From the IMG/VR virus record IMGVR_UViG_3300036806_000429: a stretch of 64,000 bases of DNA; one strand, written 5' to 3'. The notes below the pieces were generated by a model. That model was given only the letters and a program-made list of their open reading frames with translations, searched no databases and was not told where the DNA came from. The DNA comes from a virus. Every line of letters begins with the position of its first letter. Within the stretch, counting starts at the first letter, position 1. The translations under genes and the position numbers were made by a program. Below are positions 33,334-41,344 of this stretch, piece after piece.

Positions 33334-34007
33334 AGCAACTCCAGGTCGGAGACGTTGAGCGACAGCGAAGCGCCCGGATAGGGCGGGATGGCTACGCTCC
33401 AAGAATCGCCACCATTCGTCATGTCCGTCGAAAAGTCGCCACCGTATTGGTCCGTGCGCAAACGCCCCCACATTCGACCGTCCTTGTGCTGGATGTCTTC
33501 GATCCAGGACGACTCCGGCCACGCGCGGAACTGGATGGCATCGTGGAAGACGGCCGTGGGAAGCTTATCGCGCAGCAGCTCCAGATCGACAGGGAGACCA
33601 ACCAGGGCAGTACATTGCGAGCCTACCGGGCGCCTCGCGACGATGCGCACGGTCCATTGGCTTTTCTCGATGCCGCGAGCGCCGAAGTTGACGCGCAACG
33701 GTTGAAGGTGTTGGCTCATGCCACTTTCATACAAGATCAACTTGAACTCTAGCGTTCCACGGAAGTGATCTCGATCCATGGTCACGCGCAGGTCGTGGCC
33801 GTGCTCCTCCTGGTCCAGCCCGAGCTCCTCGCACAGATCGTACAACGGCTTGGGGGTGTAATTCTTCCGAAAGCCATCGACCAACGCACCCAGCGCGATG
33901 TCCTTCTCAAGCTTCTGGCCGACGTAACGCGATTGGAAGACGGGGCCATGGACGCCCGTCGCAAGGTTCAACCCTTCCAGCGCTTGCTTCCATTCAGCCA
34001 ATTTCAT
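33330..34007 (-). CDS. MKL-leader family protein (no zinc knuckle)
   Basis: ATG 34007 gives MKLAEWKQAL. Confidence 0.55.
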   Translation of the reverse strand: MKLAEWKQALEGLNLATGVHGPVFQSRYVGQKLEKDIALGALVDGFRKNYTPKPLYDLCEELGLDQEEHGHDLRVTMDRDHFRGTLEFKLILYESGMSQHLQPLRVNFGARGIEKSQWTVRIVARRPVGSQCTALVGLPVDLELLRDKLPTAVFHDAIQFRAWPESSWIEDIQHKDGRMWGRLRTDQYGGDFSTDMTNGGDSWSVAIPPYPGASLSLNVSDLELL

Positions 34008-34097
34008 CGCTAATAACCGCTACTTTACAACCGGCCCTAAAGTCGGGCTGAAGGCGGCCGTTAGGCGCGAAGCGGCCACCCGGCTAAGATCGCCGGA

Positions 34098-34451
34098 ATG
34101 GAGACGCAGCTCAGCCCCGAAGCCGTTGAAGCCCTGGCACGCTCCCTCGCCAACAAGATGGAGGGGCAGATGTCGGCCAACAGAGACCTGGCGGACCAAA
34201 TGCTGATATTCCATCAAAATGACGCCGAATTCAAGCGCGAAGACGCCGTGTTCAAGGACGAAGTACGCGCGGCGCTCCGGAACCTTCGCCGCGAAAGAAC
34301 TTACCTGCCCCACCTCGCGATGATCGCCGCTGTTTTCGCACTGCTGATCTCCGCCTTCACGATGAGCCGGACGGCCTCCGCGACGCAGTCTCTGTCCACC
34401 GACATTCAGGGCCTGAAGGACGCTGTGGCGGCCCAGCATGTCGGACGATAA
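34098..34451 (+). CDS. plus-strand tail-anchored membrane protein
   Basis: The plus frame is GC3-rich. C-terminal TM LPHLAMIAAVFALLISAFTM. The antisense 400-aa ORF was rejected. Confidence 0.55.
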   Translation: METQLSPEAVEALARSLANKMEGQMSANRDLADQMLIFHQNDAEFKREDAVFKDEVRAALRNLRRERTYLPHLAMIAAVFALLISAFTMSRTASATQSLSTDIQGLKDAVAAQHVGR

Positions 34452-35037
34452 ACGCCAGATCGGACGGATGCGGCCGCCTCCTGTGCCGCGCATCGATGCG
34501 AGCGAGCCGCCGATCGTGCCCAAGCGTCCTGGGAGCTCGGACAGCTTCCCCGCGCTGACGGACTCCGATCGCGACCTGCTGAACAACGTGCTCCGCTTGT
34601 CCAAGGACGCGCTGGAAGAGAGCCGCCTCAACGGCGAGCGCGAAGCCCGCGAGCGCATCGCCCTGGAAGGGCAGATGAAGGCGCGCTTCAGCGACGTGGA
34701 GACGGAGCTCGCCGAGTTGAAGAGCGCCGTGTCAGAGCTCCGTGGGCTCGGCGGCGACATCCGCGGCCTGCGCGGCGACATCTCCACCTTGAACACGAAC
34801 GTGATGAACAACCTGGCTGCCGACGCGATCCGCGAGCGCGCGCTAGGCGAGCTCCGCGTGGAGATGGCCGGCCTGAGCCACAAGGAAGGCCACGACGCTG
34901 GCAAGAAGGCCGGCGCGCTTTGGGGTGCCCTTTCCGGGCTCGCGCCGCTCATTCTTGCCCTGGGCCTGTGGGTGGTGGCCGCGCTGCTGTCGCTGGCGAC
35001 GGGGAAGCCGCTGCCCCACCTTCCTGGCGAGCACTGA
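34438..35037 (+). CDS. plus-strand coiled-coil protein with a C-terminal TM anchor
   Basis: 14-nt overlap with the previous plus-strand gene. Pro-rich N-terminus, ELRGLGGDIRGLRGDISTL repeats, and TM WGALSGLAPLILALGLWVVAALLSLA. Confidence 0.6.
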   Translation: MSDDKRQIGRMRPPPVPRIDASEPPIVPKRPGSSDSFPALTDSDRDLLNNVLRLSKDALEESRLNGEREARERIALEGQMKARFSDVETELAELKSAVSELRGLGGDIRGLRGDISTLNTNVMNNLAADAIRERALGELRVEMAGLSHKEGHDAGKKAGALWGALSGLAPLILALGLWVVAALLSLATGKPLPHLPGEH

Positions 35038-35242
35038 CGGCCCTGATCTGTTGGACCTGCGCCATGATGGCCACGGCCGACGAGATGGGGTTGTTCCGCC
35101 AAAGCCAGAAGAAGTTCCAGGCGAGCACCGCGTTGTAGCAAGCGAGGTCGCGGAACAACGCCGGCTTCAGCGCTTCGACCTCCGCCGCGTCGCTTTGGGC
35201 TGCGGCGATCGACACGAGGCACACGACGATCTGTTCAATCAT
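34949..35242 (-). CDS. possible small protein (weak), convergent with the plus-strand pair
   Basis: ATG 35242 (MIEQIVVCLVSIAAAQ). Its 3' 89 nt is antisense to the plus-strand gene end, so the true extent is unclear. Confidence 0.3.
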   Translation of the reverse strand: MIEQIVVCLVSIAAAQSDAAEVEALKPALFRDLACYNAVLAWNFFWLWRNNPISSAVAIMAQVQQIRAVSARQEGGAAASPSPATAARPPPTGPGQE

Positions 35243-35612
35243 GCGAACCGCCTGAGCAGTAGCGCTCGAACATCGCCGTGAGCACGGCGTCCATGGCGTT
35301 GCCGACGCGAACGCCGCGCGCTCGATGCAGCGGCCCCCGCTCCAGCACGTCGTCCGACGAAGCCTTAGCGACGAGGCGATGGCGGACGCGGCGCGCGGAG
35401 TTGGGCCAAGGCTTATCGGCCGTGTACTGCCAATCCAACTTTGCGTACGGATCCTCAACCAGCGCGGCCTCCGCCGCGGCGAAGACGGAGCCGGCGGCCG
35501 CCCCGAGCTCCTCCGGCGAGAGCTCACCGGCCTTGTTCGGGTAGACCTCCACCGACACGCACGGGACGGCGCTGGACTCGCCGAGCCGCCCGCGGCTGAT
35601 TCCGAAGCTCAC
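35235..35612 (-). CDS. hypothetical protein
   Basis: GTG 35612 in a GTGA overlap. Confidence 0.5.
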   Translation of the reverse strand: MSFGISRGRLGESSAVPCVSVEVYPNKAGELSPEELGAAAGSVFAAAEAALVEDPYAKLDWQYTADKPWPNSARRVRHRLVAKASSDDVLERGPLHRARGVRVGNAMDAVLTAMFERYCSGGSHD

Positions 35613-36151
35613 TTGCCCGCTTCCTTCAACAACGCACGAACCCGCTCCAGCTCTTTCGCCGTGTGGACCACGCCGCCGCTGTTCATCTCCAGGTACCAAC
35701 GGAGAACGGCGGCGCGCGTCTCCAGGTGATTGACGTGCCAGTTGAAGAAACAGGTGGTCAAACGCGGCGTGTCCTCGAAGTCACGCCGCAGCAAGGTGCC
35801 GCTGCCGAGCTCCGGGAAGTGGACGGCGAGGCGATTGTTCATGAAGCGGCGGACGGCCTCCAAGCGCTGCTTCCCATCCACGATCACGTACGGCCCGCGC
35901 CAGTCGCGCATCCAACCGACGCAGTTGAAGTACAGGTCCTTGCCGGACCCTCCGCCGCGCAGGATGAATTCCACATAGCGCGCGCGCTTCTCGTCGTTCC
36001 AGACGTGCGCCCGTTGGAAGTCCGGCTCCAGGTCGAGCGGCGCCGAATCCTCCTGCGTCTGTTTTTCGATGTGCCGTTCCAGGTAATCCCAGCCGACCGT
36101 GACGCAGTACGCGCCCGGCTGGGTGAGCTTCTTGATCTGTTCGAATTTCAC
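35609..36151 (-). CDS. DUF262-like (ParB/Srx-fold nuclease-type) domain protein
   Basis: GTG 36151 with an AAGGAGAG SD. PDFQRAHVWNDEKRARYVEFILRG...YVIVDGKQRLEAVRRF matches the DUF262 xxFQRxxVW...DGQQR pattern. Confidence 0.6.
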   Translation of the reverse strand: MKFEQIKKLTQPGAYCVTVGWDYLERHIEKQTQEDSAPLDLEPDFQRAHVWNDEKRARYVEFILRGGGSGKDLYFNCVGWMRDWRGPYVIVDGKQRLEAVRRFMNNRLAVHFPELGSGTLLRRDFEDTPRLTTCFFNWHVNHLETRAAVLRWYLEMNSGGVVHTAKELERVRALLKEAGK

Positions 36152-36600
36152 GATGCTCTCCTTGCCATCAGGTTGGCACAGTCTGGGCCCAAGCCGCTCT
36201 CGATGGACTCGGGCACGGTCAGCTTGCGTCCGCAGCGCCCGCAGATGCCCTCGTGCCAAACCTCCACCTTGTCGGCGAGCTGCTGGCTGAGCTGCGACGG
36301 AAAGAGCGCCTGCCGGCAGAACCAGCCGAAGGCGACGACGGACGGCGCCTCTGCCTTCGCGAAGCTCTTGCGGCCACCGTGGTGGAAACGCCGCTCGCGG
36401 ATGAATCCGATGTAGCGGTAATCACCGGTGTTGTCGGCGCCCGCCAGGAGCCTCACGAACCAGACGCCGGGCGAGGTGGCCGCCTGGATCTTGAACGTGA
36501 AGCGCGTTCCGGTCGCGATGGACCGGACCGTGAGCGTGGCGTTGCCGGCAAGGGCGAATTTGGCGATGGCCTCGCCGTTGAGGCGCGCGGCGGCGATCAC
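36148..36600 (-). CDS. hypothetical protein with a DUF6011-like C-terminal zinc ribbon
   Basis: CGRCGRKLTVPESIESGLGPDC at the C-terminus (recall of the CGRCGRxLTxPxSxxxGxGPxC motif). Confidence 0.55.
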   Translation of the reverse strand: MIAAARLNGEAIAKFALAGNATLTVRSIATGTRFTFKIQAATSPGVWFVRLLAGADNTGDYRYIGFIRERRFHHGGRKSFAKAEAPSVVAFGWFCRQALFPSQLSQQLADKVEVWHEGICGRCGRKLTVPESIESGLGPDCANLMARRAS

Positions 36601-36896
36601 AGCTGCTGCTCCGCCTGGTGAAGGAGGTTACGGCCCAGGTAGGTGATGTTCCAGCGGCCGTTTGCCGCGCCCGGCTTCGAGCGAGCGAAGCCGATCGGAA
36701 GCCACTCCACCAGACGGAGCTCCTGGTGGATGCGGAGCGAGCACGACTTCACCTTGTCGCCCGCACGGAGCGCGAGAAGCGCCGCGCGCTCCTCCGGGTC
36801 GAGCTGCTCCAAGATGGAACGGGCGAGGAGCACCAGCTGGCGGTCCGGAGCGGCGAGCCTCTCGAGTGATTCTTTGAGCGATCCTGGTTTGTCCAT
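36597..36896 (-). CDS. hypothetical protein
   Basis: ATG 36896. GC3-rich. Confidence 0.5.
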   Translation of the reverse strand: MDKPGSLKESLERLAAPDRQLVLLARSILEQLDPEERAALLALRAGDKVKSCSLRIHQELRLVEWLPIGFARSKPGAANGRWNITYLGRNLLHQAEQQL

Positions 36897-36900
36897 GTTT

Positions 36901-37086
36901 TCAACCTGTGAAGCCGATGACGGCCATTGTTTCGTTGTTGATTCGGCCTTCGATCCATGCCTTGTAGGCGTCGAAGCCGATGGTGGTGGTGAAGCGGCCC
37001 GGGGCGAGCGCGCCGATGACGATCAGCGCGCCCACCGAGGGCTTGAACTTCTCGGCCGCCGCGGGGCTGTCCGTCGTGGGGTTCAC
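36901..37086 (-). CDS. hypothetical small protein
   Basis: GTG 37086 in a GTGA overlap. Confidence 0.4.
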   Translation of the reverse strand: MNPTTDSPAAAEKFKPSVGALIVIGALAPGRFTTTIGFDAYKAWIEGRINNETMAVIGFTG

Positions 37087-37292
37087 GACGCACCGCAGAA
37101 GGATGAGAAGTTGACGGAGGCCGGCGCGCCGAGCTTGGTCTGCGCGAAGCGGCAGGCGCCGATGAGGGCGCGCGCCTCGGACACGGACCAGGAGGTGCGC
37201 GAGCCGGCGAGCGCCCGAGCCTCGCCGACGAGGCCACGGACGACGAGACGGGCGACCTGAACGCCCAGTTGCATTTTCTTCGTGTTGCTCAT
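37083..37292 (-). CDS. hypothetical protein, first gene of a predicted leaderless operon
   Basis: ATG 37292 lies 6 nt downstream of the TATAAC -10. The N-terminus is MSNTKKM. Confidence 0.45.
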   Translation of the reverse strand: MSNTKKMQLGVQVARLVVRGLVGEARALAGSRTSWSVSEARALIGACRFAQTKLGAPASVNFSSFCGAS

Positions 37293-37298
37293 GCTTCT

Positions 37299-37328
37299 GT
37301 TATACGGCCGCTGCTTCCACAAGTCGAG
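37299..37328 (-). promoter_or_regulatory. copy 5 of the six-copy promoter element (CTCGAC-N18-TATAAC)
   Basis: TTGACTTTTTTCTCGACTTGTGGAAGCAGCGGCCGTATAAC, then 6 nt to the ATG. Confidence 0.5.
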
Positions 37329-37346
37329 AAAAAAGTCAACGGTTGA

Positions 37347-37589
37347 TTAACTTTTTTTCTTGCACTTGGGGCAACCCAATCGTTTCATGGCTTTATACAA
37401 GCGCTCCACCTGCTCCCGATCGGGCGACCACCCCCAAGACTGGCCGCACTGCTCGCAGTACGTGCCGAACGTCTCGAAGCTCCGGCCCTTCTTGCCGTAC
37501 ACGAGCAGCCAGCCGAGCGTCAGATTGCCGCGGTACCCATCCCAAACCTGGATCCGGTCGGGAACAGGCCGGAGCTTCGGGAATTCCAC
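37347..37589 (-). CDS. hypothetical zinc-ribbon protein
   Basis: GTG 37589. CEQCG...CPKCKKKS. Its last codons are the A-tract of promoter copy 5. Confidence 0.45.
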   Translation of the reverse strand: MEFPKLRPVPDRIQVWDGYRGNLTLGWLLVYGKKGRSFETFGTYCEQCGQSWGWSPDREQVERLYKAMKRLGCPKCKKKS

Positions 37590-37590
37590 G

Positions 37591-38085
37591 CTACTCCGCG
37601 AGGATGCGCAGGAAGTTCTTGCACTGGGCTACGGCTTGCCGGAGCGCGTTGGCGCGTACGACTGCCACGACGTTGGCCATGATCGATGTTGAGTTGGGGT
37701 GCCACGGACCCTTTCCCACGCCGGTATCGCCGCCCGCGAGCACGGCCGTGAACTTCGCCAGCCGCTCCTCGGTGGCGACGTGGAATGCTTCCATGCCCTG
37801 GGCGTCCGCGGCCGCAATCAACTCGAGCTCGACGCCGACGAAGGGCGCCAGCATCAGCTCGCCCAGCAAGGCCTCCTCGCCTGCCCACTCGATGGCTTCC
37901 GTGATGCCCATTTGCTCGAGCTTCTCCGTGAAAGCGGCCGTGTAGCGCTTGGCCCGATCCGAGTAGCCGGCGAAGGAGGCCTGGAGCGTCTCCTGCTTCG
38001 TGAAGATGCGCGGCGGCTCTGGCTGCGGCTTAGGGTCGGCGGCTTCTGCCACCTTACGGAATGATGGGGACTTGGGATTGGACAT
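37591..38085 (-). CDS. hypothetical protein
   Basis: ATG 38085 (MSNPKSPSF). The track ORF is over-extended to 38343. Confidence 0.5.
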   Translation of the reverse strand: MSNPKSPSFRKVAEAADPKPQPEPPRIFTKQETLQASFAGYSDRAKRYTAAFTEKLEQMGITEAIEWAGEEALLGELMLAPFVGVELELIAAADAQGMEAFHVATEERLAKFTAVLAGGDTGVGKGPWHPNSTSIMANVVAVVRANALRQAVAQCKNFLRILAE

Positions 38086-38548
38086 CTTGGCCTTTCTGTA
38101 TGTCTGCTGTGGCTTGGGAGGCGTTCGGGTTTCGGCCGCGCGTGTCGACCGGCGCACTGCTGACGGGGTCGTTGATGGCCGGCGCCGCCGCGTCCAACGT
38201 CGCCAGGTCCGCCGTCGGGTTGGTGGCGAGGAGGTGGAGCGCAGCGACAGGATCGCGCTGGACGACGTTCCAAGCCCCGCAGCGCGCGATGCGGCGCGGG
38301 TACTTCTGGCCCAATGGTACGAAAGCGATGTACTGGGCCACATCTGCCGCCGTGGGCCGCGTAGGATTGCCGATGGACGGCTGGGCTGGGTCGTCCGGGC
38401 CGCTGACCGTTAGCGTCACCGTAATCGGCATCAGGACCGTGATCGTCACGCTCGGGTGTGGCACTCCGAGGCGCACTTGCTGGAGGGGCTGCGCGTCGGC
38501 GACGGCGGCCAGATCGGTTTCAGCCAGGTTGTCTTGGTTGAGTTCCAT
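38054..38548 (-). CDS. hypothetical protein
   Basis: ATG 38548. It diverges from the plus-strand gene at 38615. Confidence 0.45.
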   Translation of the reverse strand: MELNQDNLAETDLAAVADAQPLQQVRLGVPHPSVTITVLMPITVTLTVSGPDDPAQPSIGNPTRPTAADVAQYIAFVPLGQKYPRRIARCGAWNVVQRDPVAALHLLATNPTADLATLDAAAPAINDPVSSAPVDTRGRNPNASQATADIQKGQDVQSQVPIIP

Positions 38549-38614
38549 GGTATTGCCTCTCTTTTTTCGCCATCCCCGCTCAGCCGACGATGGACCATCG
38601 GCTAAACTAGCGGC

Positions 38615-39568
38615 ATGCTAAAAGAGATTCTGCTGGCTCTCCTGCTGAAACACGCTCCTCCTGGCCACACCAAGTATTCCGTCGAGATGGCGCCCGAGTG
38701 CGCTTGGGCGCAGGATCAGACGTGCGAGGGCGCCGTCTGGTCGACCTTCTATGGCGGCTGGGTGCGGCATGAGTCCGCCGATAGCGGCGCGGAGCGGCTC
38801 CGGCTGATCGCCTCTGCCGTGGTCGACTCTGCCACGGAGCTGCTGTGCCTGCGTGACGACGGAACGAAGGTGGACGGTTGCAAGCCGGAGCCCGGCGCGA
38901 TGCTCGCTGGTGGCAAGAAGCCGCGCTGGCGACTGACGGAGCTGACGATGGTGGAAGCGGCCGTGCTGATCATGGAGTCGGGCCTGCGCGAGGATGTCGA
39001 AGTTGGCCGCGGCCGAGCTCGGAAGCACCCCAAAGATCCGCCGACAGACGATGCAGGCGGCGAAGGGCGAGGGCCGGCGAACGAAGCTTGCCTGGCCCAG
39101 ATCCACCCTGTAATCGCGTTCCGCTACGCTGACGCCGTGCCCGAGGAGCTCCGCAAGCGTGCGGCGCGGGACGAGCGCGGCGCCCGGGAGGAGCTCGCCC
39201 AGCTGCTGCTCGGAACGTCGCCGGAGGCGCTCCGCCGCTGCGTGCGAACGTCGATGCGGATGCTCATCGCGGCGCGTGCGTACTGCGATTGGCGCTATGA
39301 GCAGAACCTGAAGGAGCTCAAGAACTACAACAAAGCGCTGAAAGCCGCGGACCAGTCCTGGGCATTCGCCACATTCAGTCTGTACGGCACCGGGGAATCC
39401 TGCGGCGCCTACAACCGCGGCAAGACGCCGTTGCGAGCGGAGCTCTACAAGAAGCTGGCCGAGGAGGCGAAAGAGGCCTGGCGCGCTACTCGAGCGCGTC
39501 ACGCACCAGCTCCGCCTGCTCGGCCGCCTTCGCTACCGTCGCCAAGTCGATCTTCTTCAACCCCCTGA
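38615..39568 (+). CDS. plus-strand hypothetical protein with a weak lytic-transglycosylase-like motif
   Basis: The plus frame is GC3-rich. IMESGLRED...GEGRGPANEACLAQIH loosely resembles the SLT E-S...GLMQ motif. Its last 83 nt overlap the convergent gene. Confidence 0.45.
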   Translation: MLKEILLALLLKHAPPGHTKYSVEMAPECAWAQDQTCEGAVWSTFYGGWVRHESADSGAERLRLIASAVVDSATELLCLRDDGTKVDGCKPEPGAMLAGGKKPRWRLTELTMVEAAVLIMESGLREDVEVGRGRARKHPKDPPTDDAGGEGRGPANEACLAQIHPVIAFRYADAVPEELRKRAARDERGAREELAQLLLGTSPEALRRCVRTSMRMLIAARAYCDWRYEQNLKELKNYNKALKAADQSWAFATFSLYGTGESCGAYNRGKTPLRAELYKKLAEEAKEAWRATRARHAPAPPARPPSLPSPSRSSSTP

Positions 39569-40649
39569 ACCTTTTCTCGGCGATCGGCATCTGGCGGTGG
39601 AAGCGGATGAAGGCGCCGTGGACCTCGGACGAGCGGGGCTTCACCATGCCGCTCGTCACGAGGTCGTCCATGATCTTCAGCGCGCGCGGCGACGCCTCGG
39701 CCGAGACCTTCGTGACGGCGTACACGCCGCCCGGCTTGCGGTGGCCGCACTTACGCTCGGGCTCGCCCTTCGTCGTCTTCACGATGGCCAAACCCTTCAC
39801 CGCCTTCAGCTCCTCCGGCGTCTCGTCGCCGCGCAGGATGTATTCGATGCGGTCCGGGGCGAACAGGCCGAAGATGCGCCCGCAAGGCAGGTCGCCCGTG
39901 CCGCCGCATGATTCGCACATCTCGCGAGAGACCACCTGGGTGTCGGGGTGGAACTTCTTGGGCTGGTGCAGCCAGTAGTTGAAGGTGCGGTAATCCCACT
40001 TGCGCCCGTCCACGAGCGTGACGTGGCCGCCGGTGCCGGCCTTGTAGAAGCCCTTGCCCTTGCAGTCCTCGCACTCCTCCGTCTCGCGCTCCAGCGCTTC
40101 GATCCGCGCCTCCCGGACGCGCACGAAACGCTTGTTGCCGTCGCTCGCCTCCGCGTCGAAGTCCTCGCCCTTGAACGCGGCCTTCATCTTGTCGATCGCC
40201 GAGCGCAAGCCCGCCATCTCGCTGATGGCCTTGCGGCAACGCGGACACTCCACCTTGCCCATGCAGTCGGGGCAATCCTTCATCTCGCCCTCGTCGTGGG
40301 CGACGAACACGACGCAGCCCGGATCCATGAGCTTGCGGCCGAGCGCGACGCCGGGAAGCCGCTTGGAGACGCCCAGGGCAATCGCCTCGTCGCTCCAGTC
40401 TGCGATTCCCTTGTAGGATTCGCTGCCAACCCAGATCAGGTAGGCGGCCGTGATGGAGGTTTTCGGCGCGGCTTTCTTGGCCTTCTTCTTGGCCTTGGCG
40501 GCGTCGTGTGCCGCCGCGTGGGCCTCGATGGCCTTCCGCTCAAAGTCTGGATCGCCGTGCACGCTGCAATCCTGCGTGTGCTCTTTGGGCGTTTCGTCGG
40601 TGCCGCCGCAGCAGCCGAAGTCGGGAGCCTTGGTCTTCTTGCTAGCCAT
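39486..40649 (-). CDS. hypothetical Cys-rich protein, first gene of a predicted leaderless operon
   Basis: ATG 40649 lies 7 nt downstream of the TATGCT -10. CPDCMGKVECPRC, CEDCKGKG and CESCGGTG motifs. Confidence 0.6.
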   Translation of the reverse strand: MASKKTKAPDFGCCGGTDETPKEHTQDCSVHGDPDFERKAIEAHAAAHDAAKAKKKAKKAAPKTSITAAYLIWVGSESYKGIADWSDEAIALGVSKRLPGVALGRKLMDPGCVVFVAHDEGEMKDCPDCMGKVECPRCRKAISEMAGLRSAIDKMKAAFKGEDFDAEASDGNKRFVRVREARIEALERETEECEDCKGKGFYKAGTGGHVTLVDGRKWDYRTFNYWLHQPKKFHPDTQVVSREMCESCGGTGDLPCGRIFGLFAPDRIEYILRGDETPEELKAVKGLAIVKTTKGEPERKCGHRKPGGVYAVTKVSAEASPRALKIMDDLVTSGMVKPRSSEVHGAFIRFHRQMPIAEKRFRGLKKIDLATVAKAAEQAELVRDALE

Positions 40650-40656
40650 GGAGGGA

Positions 40657-40686
40657 AGCATAACCGCTTCACTTCCACGCGTCGAG
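40657..40686 (-). promoter_or_regulatory. copy 6 of the six-copy promoter element (CTCGAC-N18-TATGCT)
   Basis: AAAAAAGTTCTCGACGCGTGGAAGTGAAGCGGTTATGCT, then 7 nt to the ATG. Confidence 0.5.
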
Positions 40687-40714
40687 AACTTTTTTGGAGT
40701 TGGATGAAGAAAGT

Positions 40715-41344
40715 TCAGCCTGGTGGAGGTTTACCATCAAACTTCATGATGCCGAACGTCTTGGTGAGCTCCAGCTCATCGATCAGGGCGTTGGCCGCCG
40801 CGTGGTTCCCCGTCTCCTGATTCAGGATGGCCAACACCAAGCCCACCGCGCTCGGCGGCCGACCCTCCGTGAGCGTCGCGACGATGGACCGCAACCGCTT
40901 CCGAGCCACCTGGATCGGCTCAGGCTCCTGGGGTCGCCGCGGCGCCTCCGACGCCGGCAGCGCGCGGCGCTTCGGGCCCGTTTTTTTGGCAACTTCGGGC
41001 CCGGTGGGTTGCGTAACTGCCGGAGCCTGCTCAGCTTTCTTTGGCTTCGTTTTCGGGCCCGAGGCTTTGGCCGGTCCGGAGGCCGGCTTGGCTCGCAGCG
41101 GTTTCGTCTCGATGACGCGGTCCAGCCGATCGTCCGTCTGCCAGGCCGGGATGACTCGAGCTTGCGCGACGGGAATGCCCTTCACCGCGTTCACCGCCGG
41201 GTTGCGATACACGCCGCTGAAGCTCTTGCAATCGGGGTTGGAGCAGTACTTGTAGGGCTGGTCCTTGTGGACCTTTCCCGAGTCAGGCCGCTTGAACAGC
41301 GCCTTCTGGCAATCGGGACAGGCCGGGTGGCGAGGGTGCGACAT
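40715..41344 (-). CDS. hypothetical protein with an N-terminal zinc ribbon
   Basis: CPDCQ...CSNPDC. Lys/Pro-rich linker. Confidence 0.5.
   Translation of the reverse strand: MSHPRHPACPDCQKALFKRPDSGKVHKDQPYKYCSNPDCKSFSGVYRNPAVNAVKGIPVAQARVIPAWQTDDRLDRVIETKPLRAKPASGPAKASGPKTKPKKAEQAPAVTQPTGPEVAKKTGPKRRALPASEAPRRPQEPEPIQVARKRLRSIVATLTEGRPPSAVGLVLAILNQETGNHAAANALIDELELTKTFGIMKFDGKPPPG

Noticed and set aside
34020-35222. 400-aa minus-strand ORF spanning the plus-strand cassette
   Set aside because: The translation is Ser/Arg/Pro/Ala-rich nonsense. The plus-strand frames have GC3 bias, sensible coiled-coil and TM architecture, and a coupled overlap.
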